From: Sinorhizobium meliloti
Lineage (GTDB): Bacteria > Pseudomonadota > Alphaproteobacteria > Rhizobiales > Rhizobiaceae
DNA length: 32,000 nt
NCBI RefSeq assembly: GCF_017876815.1
Contig: NZ_JAGIOS010000003.1
Span: 210,001 to 242,000, forward strand
Direction of reading: 5' to 3'
Shown: positions 1-8,959 of the stretch, in pieces
Position numbering within the stretch: the first letter of the stretch is position 1
Layout of the letters: every line of letters starts with the position of its first letter
The notes under the pieces: generated by a model
Told to the model about the DNA's origin: nothing
Database searches by the model: none
What the model saw: only the letters and a program-made list of their open reading frames with translations
Made by a program: the position numbers and the translations under genes

Positions 1-420
1 GTCTTCAATGAGCTTCCCGACCGGCAGGAGGTCGCGCAGCGCCCAGTGCCTGCGCTATCCCGTCGTGCCGGCCCCAAAGCGGGTAAGCCCCTTCAACGAC
101 ACCCCCGCCGGCGAGTTTTGGGGTCGCGGAAATCCCAGACGGCTTCCCCAAGGTTTCAGGGCGCCGCTGCAGGTAGGGCAGCTTTGTTGACTCCGTCTTC
201 CGCTGGGCCGAAAACAGACTTCCGCTTCCAGAAGGAGATCATCTGATGGCTGAAGAGAATAGTATGTTCCTCAATGACAGGTTTGTCGTGGCGGACGCCA
301 CGGAAAGACACCGACGATGCAAAAGCATACTGCTGTCGAACTTTTCCGCCGGATTGCAAACTGAGTGAGTAGCAATACCTCAACCGGATCGCAGTCCGGC
401 TTGCTCAAAGTGGGGACACT

Positions 421-1014
421 ATGAAAACACCGTGGAAATTCCTTGCCCGATTGGCGTCGCGGCAACCATCGGGGAAAACGCAAGAGAGCTCGGCCGGGAA
501 TGACACCGGTTCCAAGACTCTCGAGCATACGTCCGCACTTCCACCCAGTCCGACGGTGGCTGCCAGCCCGCTTGCTCGAAATGAGGACGTCTCGGTTGAT
601 CAAGGGCCAATCGCATCGGATAAGCCGGCAGGCCATAACGGTGTCGCACAGGCGTTAGAACCGCCAATCCATGCGGATGAGGCTCAAACAACTGCGCGTG
701 ACGAAGCCGACCAATCGGGCGCCGAAGCGAATTCGCTGGCTCCGAAAAGCACGGCAAGCACAAAGTCGCAACGCAAACCGCGGATCAAGCGTCGAGAACG
801 TGGGAAGAGAGCCAACGCCCGCGTGGATGCTCAAAGCGCTGTCGTCCAAAAGCATTATCAAAACCTGCAACAATCGTCTTCACGTGACTTGTTTTTCCAT
901 GAATTGGCGACACTCGACGAAGAAATCAAAATGCTGCGGACCCAACTCGCTCAAAAGCTTCATCTGCAGAACGTTCAGCTGAAGAAAATGCTGGAGCGAT
1001 TCGAACTTTCGTGA
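421..1014 (+). CDS. Hypothetical protein with low-complexity middle and C-terminal leucine-zipper-like coiled coil (paralog of 2779..3378)
   Basis: 197-aa ATG ORF. The C-terminus LATLDEEIKMLRTQLAQKLHLQNVQLKKMLERF aligns with LAVLEADNKRLRRLLAKQLHAQNLQLKKMLARF of ORF 2779..3378. Both start MKTP and are of similar length. No enzymatic motif recognised. Confidence 0.6.
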   Translation: MKTPWKFLARLASRQPSGKTQESSAGNDTGSKTLEHTSALPPSPTVAASPLARNEDVSVDQGPIASDKPAGHNGVAQALEPPIHADEAQTTARDEADQSGAEANSLAPKSTASTKSQRKPRIKRRERGKRANARVDAQSAVVQKHYQNLQQSSSRDLFFHELATLDEEIKMLRTQLAQKLHLQNVQLKKMLERFELS

Positions 1015-1160
1015 ACTCGGCGGCACTCCTATAAGCGCGCCTGCGTCATCTTCGCTTGGCGGGAAGCCCTCGCCGCCATTCAATTGAATGGGTGCGAAAG
1101 CCTGTTGAGCAGACACCCATCAAATAGGCTCATTGCGTATTCGTCGACGCGTGCTGCGCC

Positions 1161-1370
1161 TCAGGACAGCCCAGCGACAATACTCAAGCCCAGGTCGTCG
1201 CGAATCCCTGATTGATATGCATTGATCAGTTTTGCGGCGAGTGCTTCAGCTTCTTCTGACTTGCGTGGCAAAGCTCGCCTTTGCAGTTCGTCCAGGAAGG
1301 CCTTTCCGATTATCTCCAACTCGTCAGGCCCAATTGGATCGAAACTCGAGGTTTGAGCTGATTTCATCAT
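1161..1370 (-). CDS. Small hypothetical protein (69 aa)
   Basis: ATG ORF preceded on the minus strand by a strong Shine-Dalgarno-like GGAGGGAGGGGA directly upstream of ATGATG. Helical, acidic sequence with no recognised domain. Confidence 0.55.
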   Translation of the reverse strand: MMKSAQTSSFDPIGPDELEIIGKAFLDELQRRALPRKSEEAEALAAKLINAYQSGIRDDLGLSIVAGLS

Positions 1371-1458
1371 TCCCCTCCCTCCGCCGCCGGCTGAGACGGA
1401 AGACCCTTCGGCCTCTGCGTTTCAGCCTGAACTGAACGGGTGCAGCTTCGCATTAGAT

Positions 1459-1617
1459 CTATCGAAATTGAGCCGTCCTTACGGCCTGACGGTCCGTATC
1501 GATCCACTGCAGTGCCCCAAGGGCCGAGCCAAATAGCAGAGCAGGCACAGCCAGGGCTCCCATGAACCTCAGCATTTGGAGCCGGCGTGTTCGCTTTCCA
1601 TCCCAATCGTAAGCCAT
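1459..1617 (-). CDS. Small hypothetical membrane protein (about 52 aa from the internal ATG)
   Basis: The track ORF 1459..1689 starts at a TTG. An in-frame ATG at 1617 gives MAYDWDGKRTRRLQMLRFMGALAVPALLFGSALGALQW..., with one hydrophobic helix after a basic stretch. The start and the reality of the gene are both uncertain. Confidence 0.35.
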   Translation of the reverse strand: MAYDWDGKRTRRLQMLRFMGALAVPALLFGSALGALQWIDTDRQAVRTAQFR

Positions 1618-1700
1618 TTGCACGCCCCGTCGTATAAAGCACGCCGAGATAGAACCAGAGAACGACTTTTTCGTCGAGTCTATTTTCAAGTATTACTTTT

Positions 1701-1715
1701 AGAGGAATTTCCTCT
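1701..1715. promoter_or_regulatory. 15-bp palindrome AGAGGAA-T-TTCCTCT in an AT-rich spacer
   Basis: Read directly: agaggaatttcctct has perfect 7-bp arms around one central base. It lies in an AT-rich stretch upstream of the small minus-strand ORFs. Confidence 0.25.
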
Positions 1716-2062
1716 GCGGGTTTTATATTGCACATCCAAGGGCGTCGATAGAAAATGAGAAGTAAAGGTGTCCAAGAAGGCATGGTGATCGCGCTTGGCC
1801 GTGACGGAGGGCATCACACTGCGATAAGCCTTCGCGCTCGCGCCGACCCTGCGCCAACATGTAGAGGGCCCCGATCGTCGAATTAGGGATAGTGGTCAGC
1901 GCCGTCTATTTCCGGTGAGGGCCGGAAGCTTTCACCGGTAGATCGTCAGGCTCTAGGTGTGAGCCAGGCATCAGCGATCCGTAAAGCAGGACTCTGATGG
2001 TTGTGTTGACTCTGTGGAGCACTCAGCCGAAAACAGGCGATGATTAAAGGAGGAAATTGCTG

Positions 2063-2518
2063 ATGGCTGACGAGAGTAATACAGGACCAGTTGCTGCGGC
2101 CGTAGCGGCGGACGCTGAAGTGAAAGTACCAACGGCTAAGAAGCTGAGGTCGCCACGGCCTCAGAAGGCGGCTGCCGAACCAGCTCAACCAAAGGCGCCG
2201 GCCGCTAAACCCAGGAGGTATAGCGAACAAGAGAGAAACGACAAGCTTAAGCTGATCGAGACGCAAGTCAGCGAAGGAAACACCCTCAAGAACGCTATCC
2301 AGAGTGCCGGCATATCAGAGCAAACCTACTATCATTGGAAAGGTGCCGCGAAGCCTGTCGGAAAAAAGGACGCGAAGAGCACCAAGCCCCTACCGGCCGG
2401 CGATGAGTTCGCAGATCTTGTCAAGTTGGAAGAGGAAAACCAGAAACTCCGCAAACGACTGGCGGAGAAGCTGCGCACGGAAAACGCCGAACTGCGCAAG
2501 AGGCTCGGTCTGGATTAA
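2063..2518 (+). CDS. syrB: SyrB-like transcriptional regulator (IS3 OrfA-like HTH plus C-terminal leucine zipper)
   Basis: ATG at 2063 lies 9 nt after AAGGAGG; the track ORF starts at a TTG at 2057. The product is 151 aa. HTH-like segment NTLKNAIQSAGISEQTYYHWKG and zipper LVKLEEENQKLRKRLAEKLRTENAELRKRL. This architecture and size match my recollection of rhizobial SyrB proteins; the assignment is from memory and not searched. Confidence 0.65.
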   Translation: MADESNTGPVAAAVAADAEVKVPTAKKLRSPRPQKAAAEPAQPKAPAAKPRRYSEQERNDKLKLIETQVSEGNTLKNAIQSAGISEQTYYHWKGAAKPVGKKDAKSTKPLPAGDEFADLVKLEEENQKLRKRLAEKLRTENAELRKRLGLD

Positions 2519-2778
2519 CCAGGACCGGGGATGCGCGGGGCGACAGGTTCTTCGTCGTCCTCCGTGTTACGCCAGAGGCTCATATGCCTCCGCATTTCGC
2601 ATTGTCGCGACAAGCGAGCCTGCTGTTCCCATCGTCGCCGGGTGAAAGACACGCGAGCTGCGGGGTTGGTTTAGCAGGGAGTTGAAGCGGGCGAGGAACG
2701 GCTGTATTGGTGCGCCAGCAGGAATGCAACGGCGCCAATCGGCGTTCATTTTTCACGTATGCTTGGGATCGAAAGTAG

Positions 2779-3378
2779 ATGAAGACGCCACAACGGAGGT
2801 TTGTTGTCGAATTCAAGTCGGGGCGACGACAGCCAAAAGCCCAGACGAACTCAATCTGGGGAAACACAGATCTTAAGGCTTTGGCCCGCGAAGTGGAGGA
2901 GACCACGCCGCATCTGTTCAATTCAAGTGAAGCGGCTGGAACACTAAACTCGGATGAAACTGCGCCGGCTTATCCGATCGATGCAGAGCCTGCCAATCCA
3001 CGCGCCGACGATGTCGACGTTGCATTAGCAGCGATGCCATTTGCCAACGGCGCAGAGGTCGAAATCTCGAAGCACCATGGGGCCGATCATCCGCCCGAAA
3101 CGGTCGTGCAAGAAGAGGAGAGCCAACCGGCGTCGCAGGCACGAACGACATCAACCAGCACCTCTCGAAAGCGCGCCAAGCGCGCGTACGCCCAGACGAT
3201 TGCGCACAATTCCGAGGTTGGGAAGGGGGATCCAAAGCCTGTCGACGAGCGGATCTCACTCGACGAGCTCGCCGTCCTGGAGGCAGACAACAAGCGCCTC
3301 AGGAGGTTGCTGGCTAAACAGCTTCATGCACAAAACTTGCAACTCAAGAAGATGCTTGCGCGGTTTGACGTCGAATAG
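2779..3378 (+). CDS. Hypothetical protein with C-terminal leucine-zipper-like coiled coil (paralog of 421..1014)
   Basis: 199-aa ATG ORF. Basic N-terminus MKTPQRRFVVEFKSGRRQPK, acidic low-complexity middle, and a C-terminal zipper shared with 421..1014 and similar to the SyrB-like ORF. Confidence 0.6.
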   Translation: MKTPQRRFVVEFKSGRRQPKAQTNSIWGNTDLKALAREVEETTPHLFNSSEAAGTLNSDETAPAYPIDAEPANPRADDVDVALAAMPFANGAEVEISKHHGADHPPETVVQEEESQPASQARTTSTSTSRKRAKRAYAQTIAHNSEVGKGDPKPVDERISLDELAVLEADNKRLRRLLAKQLHAQNLQLKKMLARFDVE

Positions 3379-3659
3379 TGAGGTCGCGCCACTGGCGTAA
3401 GAAAACCGGTCGGGCGCGAGTTCCGCGGCTAGCCCCGCGCGCCGGGTGCGCTACCTCGACGTCACCTGCCGGGTTTTCGCGCGTTTGCACTGCTGAAGGT
3501 GTCGGGTCTGACAACCCGAGATTGCCATGTCAGGCGGAACGTTGAAGTTGGCACTTGGAATGCAGCGGCGATGCGCCTGAGCCTGGCGGAGGGTCCCCGA
3601 GCGACGGGGATAATTAAGACGCCATTGATTGTGGGAGCCCGACCGGCTTCCGACGGTGC

Positions 3660-4856
3660 CTATCGCGCCAGAATAGATAACGGCATGACGATGTTCACCG
3701 ACAGACCGACCGGTCGCCAGTCATAGCTTAAGGTGCCGCCGAACTGGTGGGTGACGGTGGCCTCCACCAATGTGCTGCCGAAGCCCTTGGAAGCCGGCGG
3801 GATAGATATTTGGGTACCCCGGTCCTCACTCCATGTGATGCTAAGATCGTCGCCGTCGATCTGCCAAAGAACGTCCACCCTTCCATTTTCGCTGCATAGT
3901 GCCCCGTATTTGGCGGCATTAGTCGCGAGTTCATGGAAGACCAGCGCGAGTCCGTTCACCGATTGCTCACCGCATAGAACCGACGGCCCGCGGAGTGAGA
4001 GCCTTCTCCTGCCGCCTGTTGCCGGAGGCTCGTGCGGTTCGGTGACGATGCTCAACAGCTCGGCAAGGTTGGAGGCCGCCCCCTGAACGTCGCTAAAAGA
4101 TGGTCTCACCAAAGAATGGGCAGCGGCGAGCGCATGCAACCTGCCGGACAATAGTGCGACTAAATCATCCTTGTTGTCCGTGCTGCGGGCGCTGATGCGG
4201 ATCATGCCGTCGACGATAGTGAAAAGGTTTTTGAGCCGATGGCTCATCTCCCTGGTAAGCAGTTCCTGCTGTTCAAGTGCCTGCTGGAGTTCCTGTTCGG
4301 ATCGGACCATCTTCAGTGCTATGCCGATGAACCCCGCGAGCTCCTGCATCGTGGCCCCGTGGCCGCAGTGGAAATGTCCAATTCTGTCGGCGACAATCCA
4401 CAGTGTCCCGAGTGGTTCCGTTCGTCCGATGTACAGGGGAACGAGCAGAACCTCCGGCAGCGACAAGCCCGGTGGTATCCAATCATAGACGCGTTCTGGA
4501 TGAATGGTCAGTGTCGTTGCGCTTCGCTCTAGCGTGATACCACATGGCGAGAAATCGCGGGGCGTAGTAGCCCCGTTGAACGGCGACAGAATCCCCTTTA
4601 GATGATGCCAACGGAACACTGGAGACGGCTCTGTCTGTTCGAGCAGACTGATACCGGCCGAAATTCCGCCTGTCAGTTCCATGGCGAGTTCCACGAACCT
4701 TGGGAGCATTTCCCCAGGCGCGTCGTGCATGCGTCTGGCGAGCTGGAGAAGCGCGGCCTTCTCCCGCGCCGCATCGCCCTGTGGCACTGGCCTCTGACTC
4801 AGATCGACCGCGTAGACCGTCGAAACGTCGGGTTTGGACACCTTCGCAGCTTCCAT
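3660..4856 (-). CDS. Sensor histidine kinase, GAF-like sensor plus HWE/HisKA_2-type kinase core
   Basis: 398-aa ORF. H-box region LLTREMSHRLKNLFTIVDGMI (the HRxKN signature of HisKA_2/HWE kinases). ATP-binding region HELATNAAKYGAL ... GFGSTLVE. No transmembrane segment and no adjacent response regulator. Confidence 0.85.
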   Translation of the reverse strand: MEAAKVSKPDVSTVYAVDLSQRPVPQGDAAREKAALLQLARRMHDAPGEMLPRFVELAMELTGGISAGISLLEQTEPSPVFRWHHLKGILSPFNGATTPRDFSPCGITLERSATTLTIHPERVYDWIPPGLSLPEVLLVPLYIGRTEPLGTLWIVADRIGHFHCGHGATMQELAGFIGIALKMVRSEQELQQALEQQELLTREMSHRLKNLFTIVDGMIRISARSTDNKDDLVALLSGRLHALAAAHSLVRPSFSDVQGAASNLAELLSIVTEPHEPPATGGRRRLSLRGPSVLCGEQSVNGLALVFHELATNAAKYGALCSENGRVDVLWQIDGDDLSITWSEDRGTQISIPPASKGFGSTLVEATVTHQFGGTLSYDWRPVGLSVNIVMPLSILAR

Positions 4857-5093
4857 CTTCTCGCTTCCCTCTCGGCGCGCTCTGAACGACTGCAGGCTTC
4901 ATCTGTATCGTAACTCTAAGCCGGTGGCAAAACACGTGACACGGGTACAGACGAGCGAGCGTGATCTACCGTGAAGGTCGGTGAGTTGCCGCCGAATGGC
5001 CGCCGGGCGCGCTCGACGGCCTGTTTGACTGATTCATACACACACCCAAGCGGTGCGCAACCTTGCCCCGCGGCTGGAGCAGACCGCACTCCT

Positions 5094-5423
5094 TCAATCC
5101 TCAAAGAGAATGCGAATATCGCGTCGCACGCGTCGCCGATCGGCGTCCGAAAATGCCGCATGAATGAGTTTCGCAGCCTCAGCTTTGCCGAGCGGCTCAG
5201 CAAGCAACCTGGAAACAGCACCGGCTACCGGATACAAATGGAAGATCGCATCTCCGTTGGCCCGTGCGAGGAAGAGCTTACCGTCGAGGCCTTCAACCTT
5301 GATATCGCTCGCGGCTTCAGGCCAGCGCGCCGACCCGCCGGGAAATTGTTTCGGCCGTACCTGCTTGGTCCGATCAAAATGGCCGGCGGAGCCGAGGGGT
5401 CGCTTTTTGCCCAGCTTTCCCAC
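5094..5423 (-). CDS. Hypothetical protein; start uncertain, possibly a remnant
   Basis: The C-terminal 100 aa or so of track ORF 5094..5609 has moderate GC3 bias (…DGKLFLARANGDAIFHLYPVAG…). The N-terminal part of that ORF is antisense to the ClC remnant and probably spurious. A GTG at 5423 is a possible start but has no clear SD. No domain recognised. Confidence 0.25.
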   Translation of the reverse strand: MGKLGKKRPLGSAGHFDRTKQVRPKQFPGGSARWPEAASDIKVEGLDGKLFLARANGDAIFHLYPVAGAVSRLLAEPLGKAEAAKLIHAAFSDADRRRVRRDIRILFED

Positions 5424-5432
5424 ATGAGTTCG

Positions 5433-5910
5433 GCAGAAAGAAAGACGATGCTTGTCGCTGGCGCCGCCGCCGCGATGACCGCCATCTTCGGTCGGAATCG
5501 GGTACGACCTAATTACCGATCTTCTCGCAAGCAACATGACATGGGTCGCGATAAAGACCGTCCTTATCGTCAAGGCAGGAATCTGGCTGGTTGCCTTGTC
5601 GTCCGGCACGTTCGGGGGCGTCCTGGCACCTCTCCTTATAGTCGGGGGAGCGTTCGGAGCGCTATTCGGCCGGGTTCTTCCGGGTGAGGGGACTTTGGGC
5701 GCTTCTCGGCATGGCGTCGATGATGGGCGGTACCATGCGGGCGCCGCTGACGGTCACCTTTTCGCGGTCGAGCTGACCGTCGATGTCTGCTTGCTCGTCC
5801 CCCTCTTTGCCGCTACGGTTGCCTCCTATGGGATCACTGTCCTGCTGCTGATGATCGATCCTAACCGAAAAGATCGCGCGCCGCGGACGGCGCGTCATCC
5901 GCGAATATGC
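5433..5910 (+). pseudogene. ClC-family chloride channel / H+-Cl- antiporter remnant (5'-truncated, frameshifted, 3'-truncated)
   Basis: ClC signatures are spread over three frames: RKTMLVAGAAAAMTAIFG; SGTFGGVLAPLLIVGGAFGALFG; WALLGMASMMGGTMRAPLT; FAVELT…LLVPLFAATVASYGITVLLL; ILTEKIARRGRRVIREY. The N-terminal half and the CBS domains are absent. Confidence 0.7.
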
Positions 5911-6463
5911 CCGCATGCGGCAATACGCACTCTGGCGATAGGCGCGGAGACCGTCGGGTGGCCTCTGTCCCACTACGGTGAACGATCACTGCTTACTGCG
6001 CCGCGTCAGGGGCATTCTTCTGCGGAAGCTTATATTCGATCCCCCGAGGATAACTACAGCCTCGATACCCCTAGCTTTCCCGGCCGGGACCAAATGAACT
6101 TCACTGTTACTCCATAGAGGGGTGAACCGCTGCAGGTCGGTAGCCGAACAAGTTCCGCTTCAAGTACCGGTGGAATGGAAAACCCACGATGAAGCACGGC
6201 CGGCATAAGTCCTCGGTATCCGTGGCATGGTGTCAGACACTGCGCTTCGCATAAAGCGCGGCGAGCGCCGTCGTCATATAAAAGGCCGTACCAGCGGCCA
6301 TGCGACCAATGCGTACGCGACGACGCTGAGGATGTTCCCCAATATTCGGCCAACGAGTTCGTATGGATCTCGCTGATGGGCGGTCATCTGGTCTCTCCAA
6401 AACAGTTGTCATTTGCCGTGGTAGCATACAGCCGTTTGCCGGTCACCAAGATCTCATAGTTTG

Positions 6464-7918
6464 TCACTGCTTCCAGAACACCGGTGTTAGGATGACAAGC
6501 ACGGTCAGCACTTCAAGTCGCCCCATCATCATCATGAGCGAAAGCAGATAAAGTTCCGGGTCCTCGAGGGTCGAGAAATTGCCCGCGGGGCCGACAAGAG
6601 TGCCAAGGCCGGGGCCGACGTTCGAGAGGCAGGTAATGACTGCTGATACCGCGGTGAGGAAGTCGTAGCCCAACGCCGCCATCGTCAGGCTACCGAAGAT
6701 CCAAAGGAGGATATAGGTAACGAAGAACAGGAGGATCGCCCGCAAAGTGTCGGCGTCCAACGAGTTCCGACCGTAGCGGACAGGGTAGACTGCCGCCGGA
6801 TAGATGAGTTTGCGTAAGCCAGAGTGGATGGCGTTGAAGAGAACGATGAAGCGGTAGGCCTTTATGCCACCGGCGGTGGAGCCGGAACACCCACCCATGA
6901 AGGTCGCGATGAATGCAGCCATCACGACGAAAGGTCCCCAAAGCTGGTAGTCCTCGCTCATGTAACCCGCAGTCGACAGAATCGAGCTGAAGTTGAAGAA
7001 TGCGTGAGCCAGCGCGATGTGAAATTCGACGCCATTCGTCAGGCGGTGATAGATCGCGACCGAGAAAGCGAAGACCGTCAGATAGGCAAGAAAAACGAAG
7101 ATCTGAGGATCACGCAATGCGTCGAGCCGACCACGTGCAACGAAGACGATGAGGATCGAAAAGGGCAGACTGCACAATGTCATGAAAAACGTTGCGGTCC
7201 ACAGGAGCGGAATGCTGCCGAAATACGCGAACGATGCATCGTGGGTTGAGAAGCCACCGGTGGCGACCGTCGACATGGCGTGATTGATCGCATCGAACCG
7301 GTTCATGCCGGTCAGGTTGTACCCGATGGCACAAAGGAGCGTGATGCCGACATAGACCGTGAAAAACGCCCGGCTGAACGTGGCGAGGCGGGCAAAGGGC
7401 TTCTCGTTTGTGTCGGAGGATTCCATCTTGAAGAAGGACATTCCCCCGACCCGCAGGTACGGGATGATGAACAGGCCCAGGACGACGATTCCAACGCCTC
7501 CGAGCCAGCAGATGAGGGACCGCCAAATCAGAATGCCGGGCGGGGCATCGTCCAGTCCGACGATCACCGTCGATCCGGTCGTGGTAATCGCCGACACAGA
7601 CTCGAAAAGCGCCTGCGCGAAGTCGAGATCGAGGGATGACATCCACAGCGGCAAGGCGCCGATCAACGCGAAAGCCGACCAGAGAACGTTGACGAGTAGA
7701 AAACCGAACTTCTTGGAAAACGGAGGCGGCCCGCCACGGGTCGCCATGAAAGTCGTGGCGGAAAGGCCACTGGTGACGAAGGCGGCCGCCGCGAAGACCT
7801 GCCAATCGTAATGGCCATAATAGAGGTCCAGCATCGCAGGAATCAGCATCGCGGCCGACAGATAGAGGCCGAGAATTGCCGCAATGTGCATGGCGTGCCG
7901 GAAAAGTGAAGCATTCAA
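6464..7918 (-). CDS. trkH: TrkH-family potassium uptake protein
   Basis: 484-aa polytopic membrane ORF with a TrkH-type N-terminus (…LGLYLSAAMLIPAMLDLYYGHYDWQVFAAAAF…) and repeated pore-loop TTGS/TAG/GGF motifs (SAITTTGSTV, STVATGGFST, ILSTAGYMS, GCSGSTAGGIK). The annotated start is a TTG; the first ATG is at 7891. Confidence 0.9.
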   Translation of the reverse strand: MNASLFRHAMHIAAILGLYLSAAMLIPAMLDLYYGHYDWQVFAAAAFVTSGLSATTFMATRGGPPPFSKKFGFLLVNVLWSAFALIGALPLWMSSLDLDFAQALFESVSAITTTGSTVIVGLDDAPPGILIWRSLICWLGGVGIVVLGLFIIPYLRVGGMSFFKMESSDTNEKPFARLATFSRAFFTVYVGITLLCAIGYNLTGMNRFDAINHAMSTVATGGFSTHDASFAYFGSIPLLWTATFFMTLCSLPFSILIVFVARGRLDALRDPQIFVFLAYLTVFAFSVAIYHRLTNGVEFHIALAHAFFNFSSILSTAGYMSEDYQLWGPFVVMAAFIATFMGGCSGSTAGGIKAYRFIVLFNAIHSGLRKLIYPAAVYPVRYGRNSLDADTLRAILLFFVTYILLWIFGSLTMAALGYDFLTAVSAVITCLSNVGPGLGTLVGPAGNFSTLEDPELYLLSLMMMMGRLEVLTVLVILTPVFWKQ

Positions 7919-8234
7919 TCTAGTGTCATCCCAAAGATGGTGATGGTGACCAGTTTTCCTAGCGAGAATTCGACCAGCGGATGACCAAAGTCAAATGGAC
8001 TCCCGTTTCCATTCGCCATTACACAGAACTTATAGCGCCTAAGCCAGGATCTCAGAACTCAGGAGCCCGGTCGAGACCGGTAGCCCCGCGCTCGCTTCTG
8101 GCGAGTCAAGAATAGAAAGAGGCCAACAGCTTGACGGTCATCCTCAAACAAATCGGTGCGGCCTTTGCGGCCTGTGCGATGCGGCCCATCAAAAGCCGCT
8201 TTCGGCCACGGGAACCTCGAATCGTTGAAGCAAT

Positions 8235-8435
8235 TCAGAGCTCAGGCTCGATATCCGGCAAAGACCAGTTGTTGTCGAAAAACCCTTCGGTTGGCCCGTA
8301 CCGGCGGAAATATGCAAACCATCCTCGCCCAGGCAATGTCTTGACCCAGTTTAGGTGGCTCGCGGGCGGCTCAGGCCCAAAATGCGCGGCTTCGGCTACT
8401 CCACCCTTTGTGAGGTGAAATTCGACCGCTGCCAA
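8235..8435 (-). pseudogene. C-terminal remnant of a DUF1214-family protein
   Basis: The 66-aa fragment …HFGPEPPASHLNWVKTLPGRGWFAYFRRYGPTEGFFDNNWSLPDIEPEL resembles the conserved C-terminal end of DUF1254/DUF1214 proteins. The upstream coding part is missing, since the response regulator gene ends at 8462. Confidence 0.5.
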
Positions 8436-8461
8436 TTGTCTTTCGCGAAGTGGGCTCGCGT

Positions 8462-8878
8462 TCAGTTGCCCGGCGGACCCTCCAGCGCCCTGTTGACAGC
8501 GCCGATCAATAAGTCGGCCGGGAACGGCTTGTGAAGATACGCGACGCAGCCCGCCTTAAGCGCTTCCCGTTCGAGGGCCTCGTCCTCTACCGCGGTGATG
8601 AAGATGATCGAGAGGTTCGTGCCAGTGTCCCTCAGACGGTGCCACAGCGCGATGCCCGACATGCCGCCTAAGTGGATATCGAGCACAACACAGCCAATCT
8701 GGCTTACATCGGCACTGTTGAGAAAGGCTTCGGCCGACGAGTGTCCTTCAGCCACAAATCCATTTACCTTCAAAAGGCGCTCGACGCTCCTGCGCATGCT
8801 CGGATCGTCATCGACGACAGCCACTATGCGCGCTGGGCTTTCCAATTGACGCCTTTCTGGAGCCGATGGACAAAGCAT
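8462..8878 (-). CDS. Single-domain (CheY-like) response regulator receiver protein
   Basis: Receiver signatures: IVAVVDDDPSMRRSVERLL, VVLDIHLGGMSG (phospho-acceptor Asp), IIFITAVED, AYLHKPF. No output domain. ATG at 8878 chosen; the track start at 8911 is a TTG. Confidence 0.85.
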   Translation of the reverse strand: MLCPSAPERRQLESPARIVAVVDDDPSMRRSVERLLKVNGFVAEGHSSAEAFLNSADVSQIGCVVLDIHLGGMSGIALWHRLRDTGTNLSIIFITAVEDEALEREALKAGCVAYLHKPFPADLLIGAVNRALEGPPGN

Positions 8879-8959
8879 GACCAGCCCCGTTCGTGACGAT
8901 CGTATGACCAATATTGAGCCCTGGCTATTGCCCTTTGGTGAAGCGGGCTGCCCATGTAG

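Noticed and set aside
1-420. Possible minus-strand coding remnant running off the left edge. Frames read …ETLGKPSGISATPKLAGGGVVEGAYPLWGRHDGIAQALG… and …ALRDLLPVGKLIED with fairly high GC3, plus track ORFs 8..190, 46..246 and 156..383.
   Set aside because: The frames are interrupted by stops and shifts, I recognised no domain or family, and the fragment is cut by the window edge. I cannot support a call beyond a possible degenerate remnant.
3401-3478. Nested GC-rich inverted repeats downstream of ORF 2779..3378 (GAAAACCGG … CCGGGTTTTC, with internal CGGGCGCG/CGCGCGCCGG-like arms). They are reminiscent of rhizobial intergenic mosaic (RIME/REP-like) elements.
   Set aside because: The arms are imperfect with an indel. 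I cannot recall the RIME consensus well enough to match it, and only one copy is visible in the window. A genome-wide repeat search is needed.
4971-5687. 238-aa plus-strand ORF spanning 4971..5687.
   Set aside because: Only its last part (…AERKTMLVAGAAAAMTAIFG…) looks like real ClC coding sequence. The rest is antisense to a possible minus-strand ORF and has no features. It is treated as part of the ClC pseudogene rather than a gene.
8157-8186. Three direct copies of TGCGGCC within 30 bp in the trkH upstream region.
   Set aside because: This is a short GC-rich heptamer with irregular spacing (9 and 14 nt). It is compatible with chance in 60% GC DNA and I recognise no associated function.
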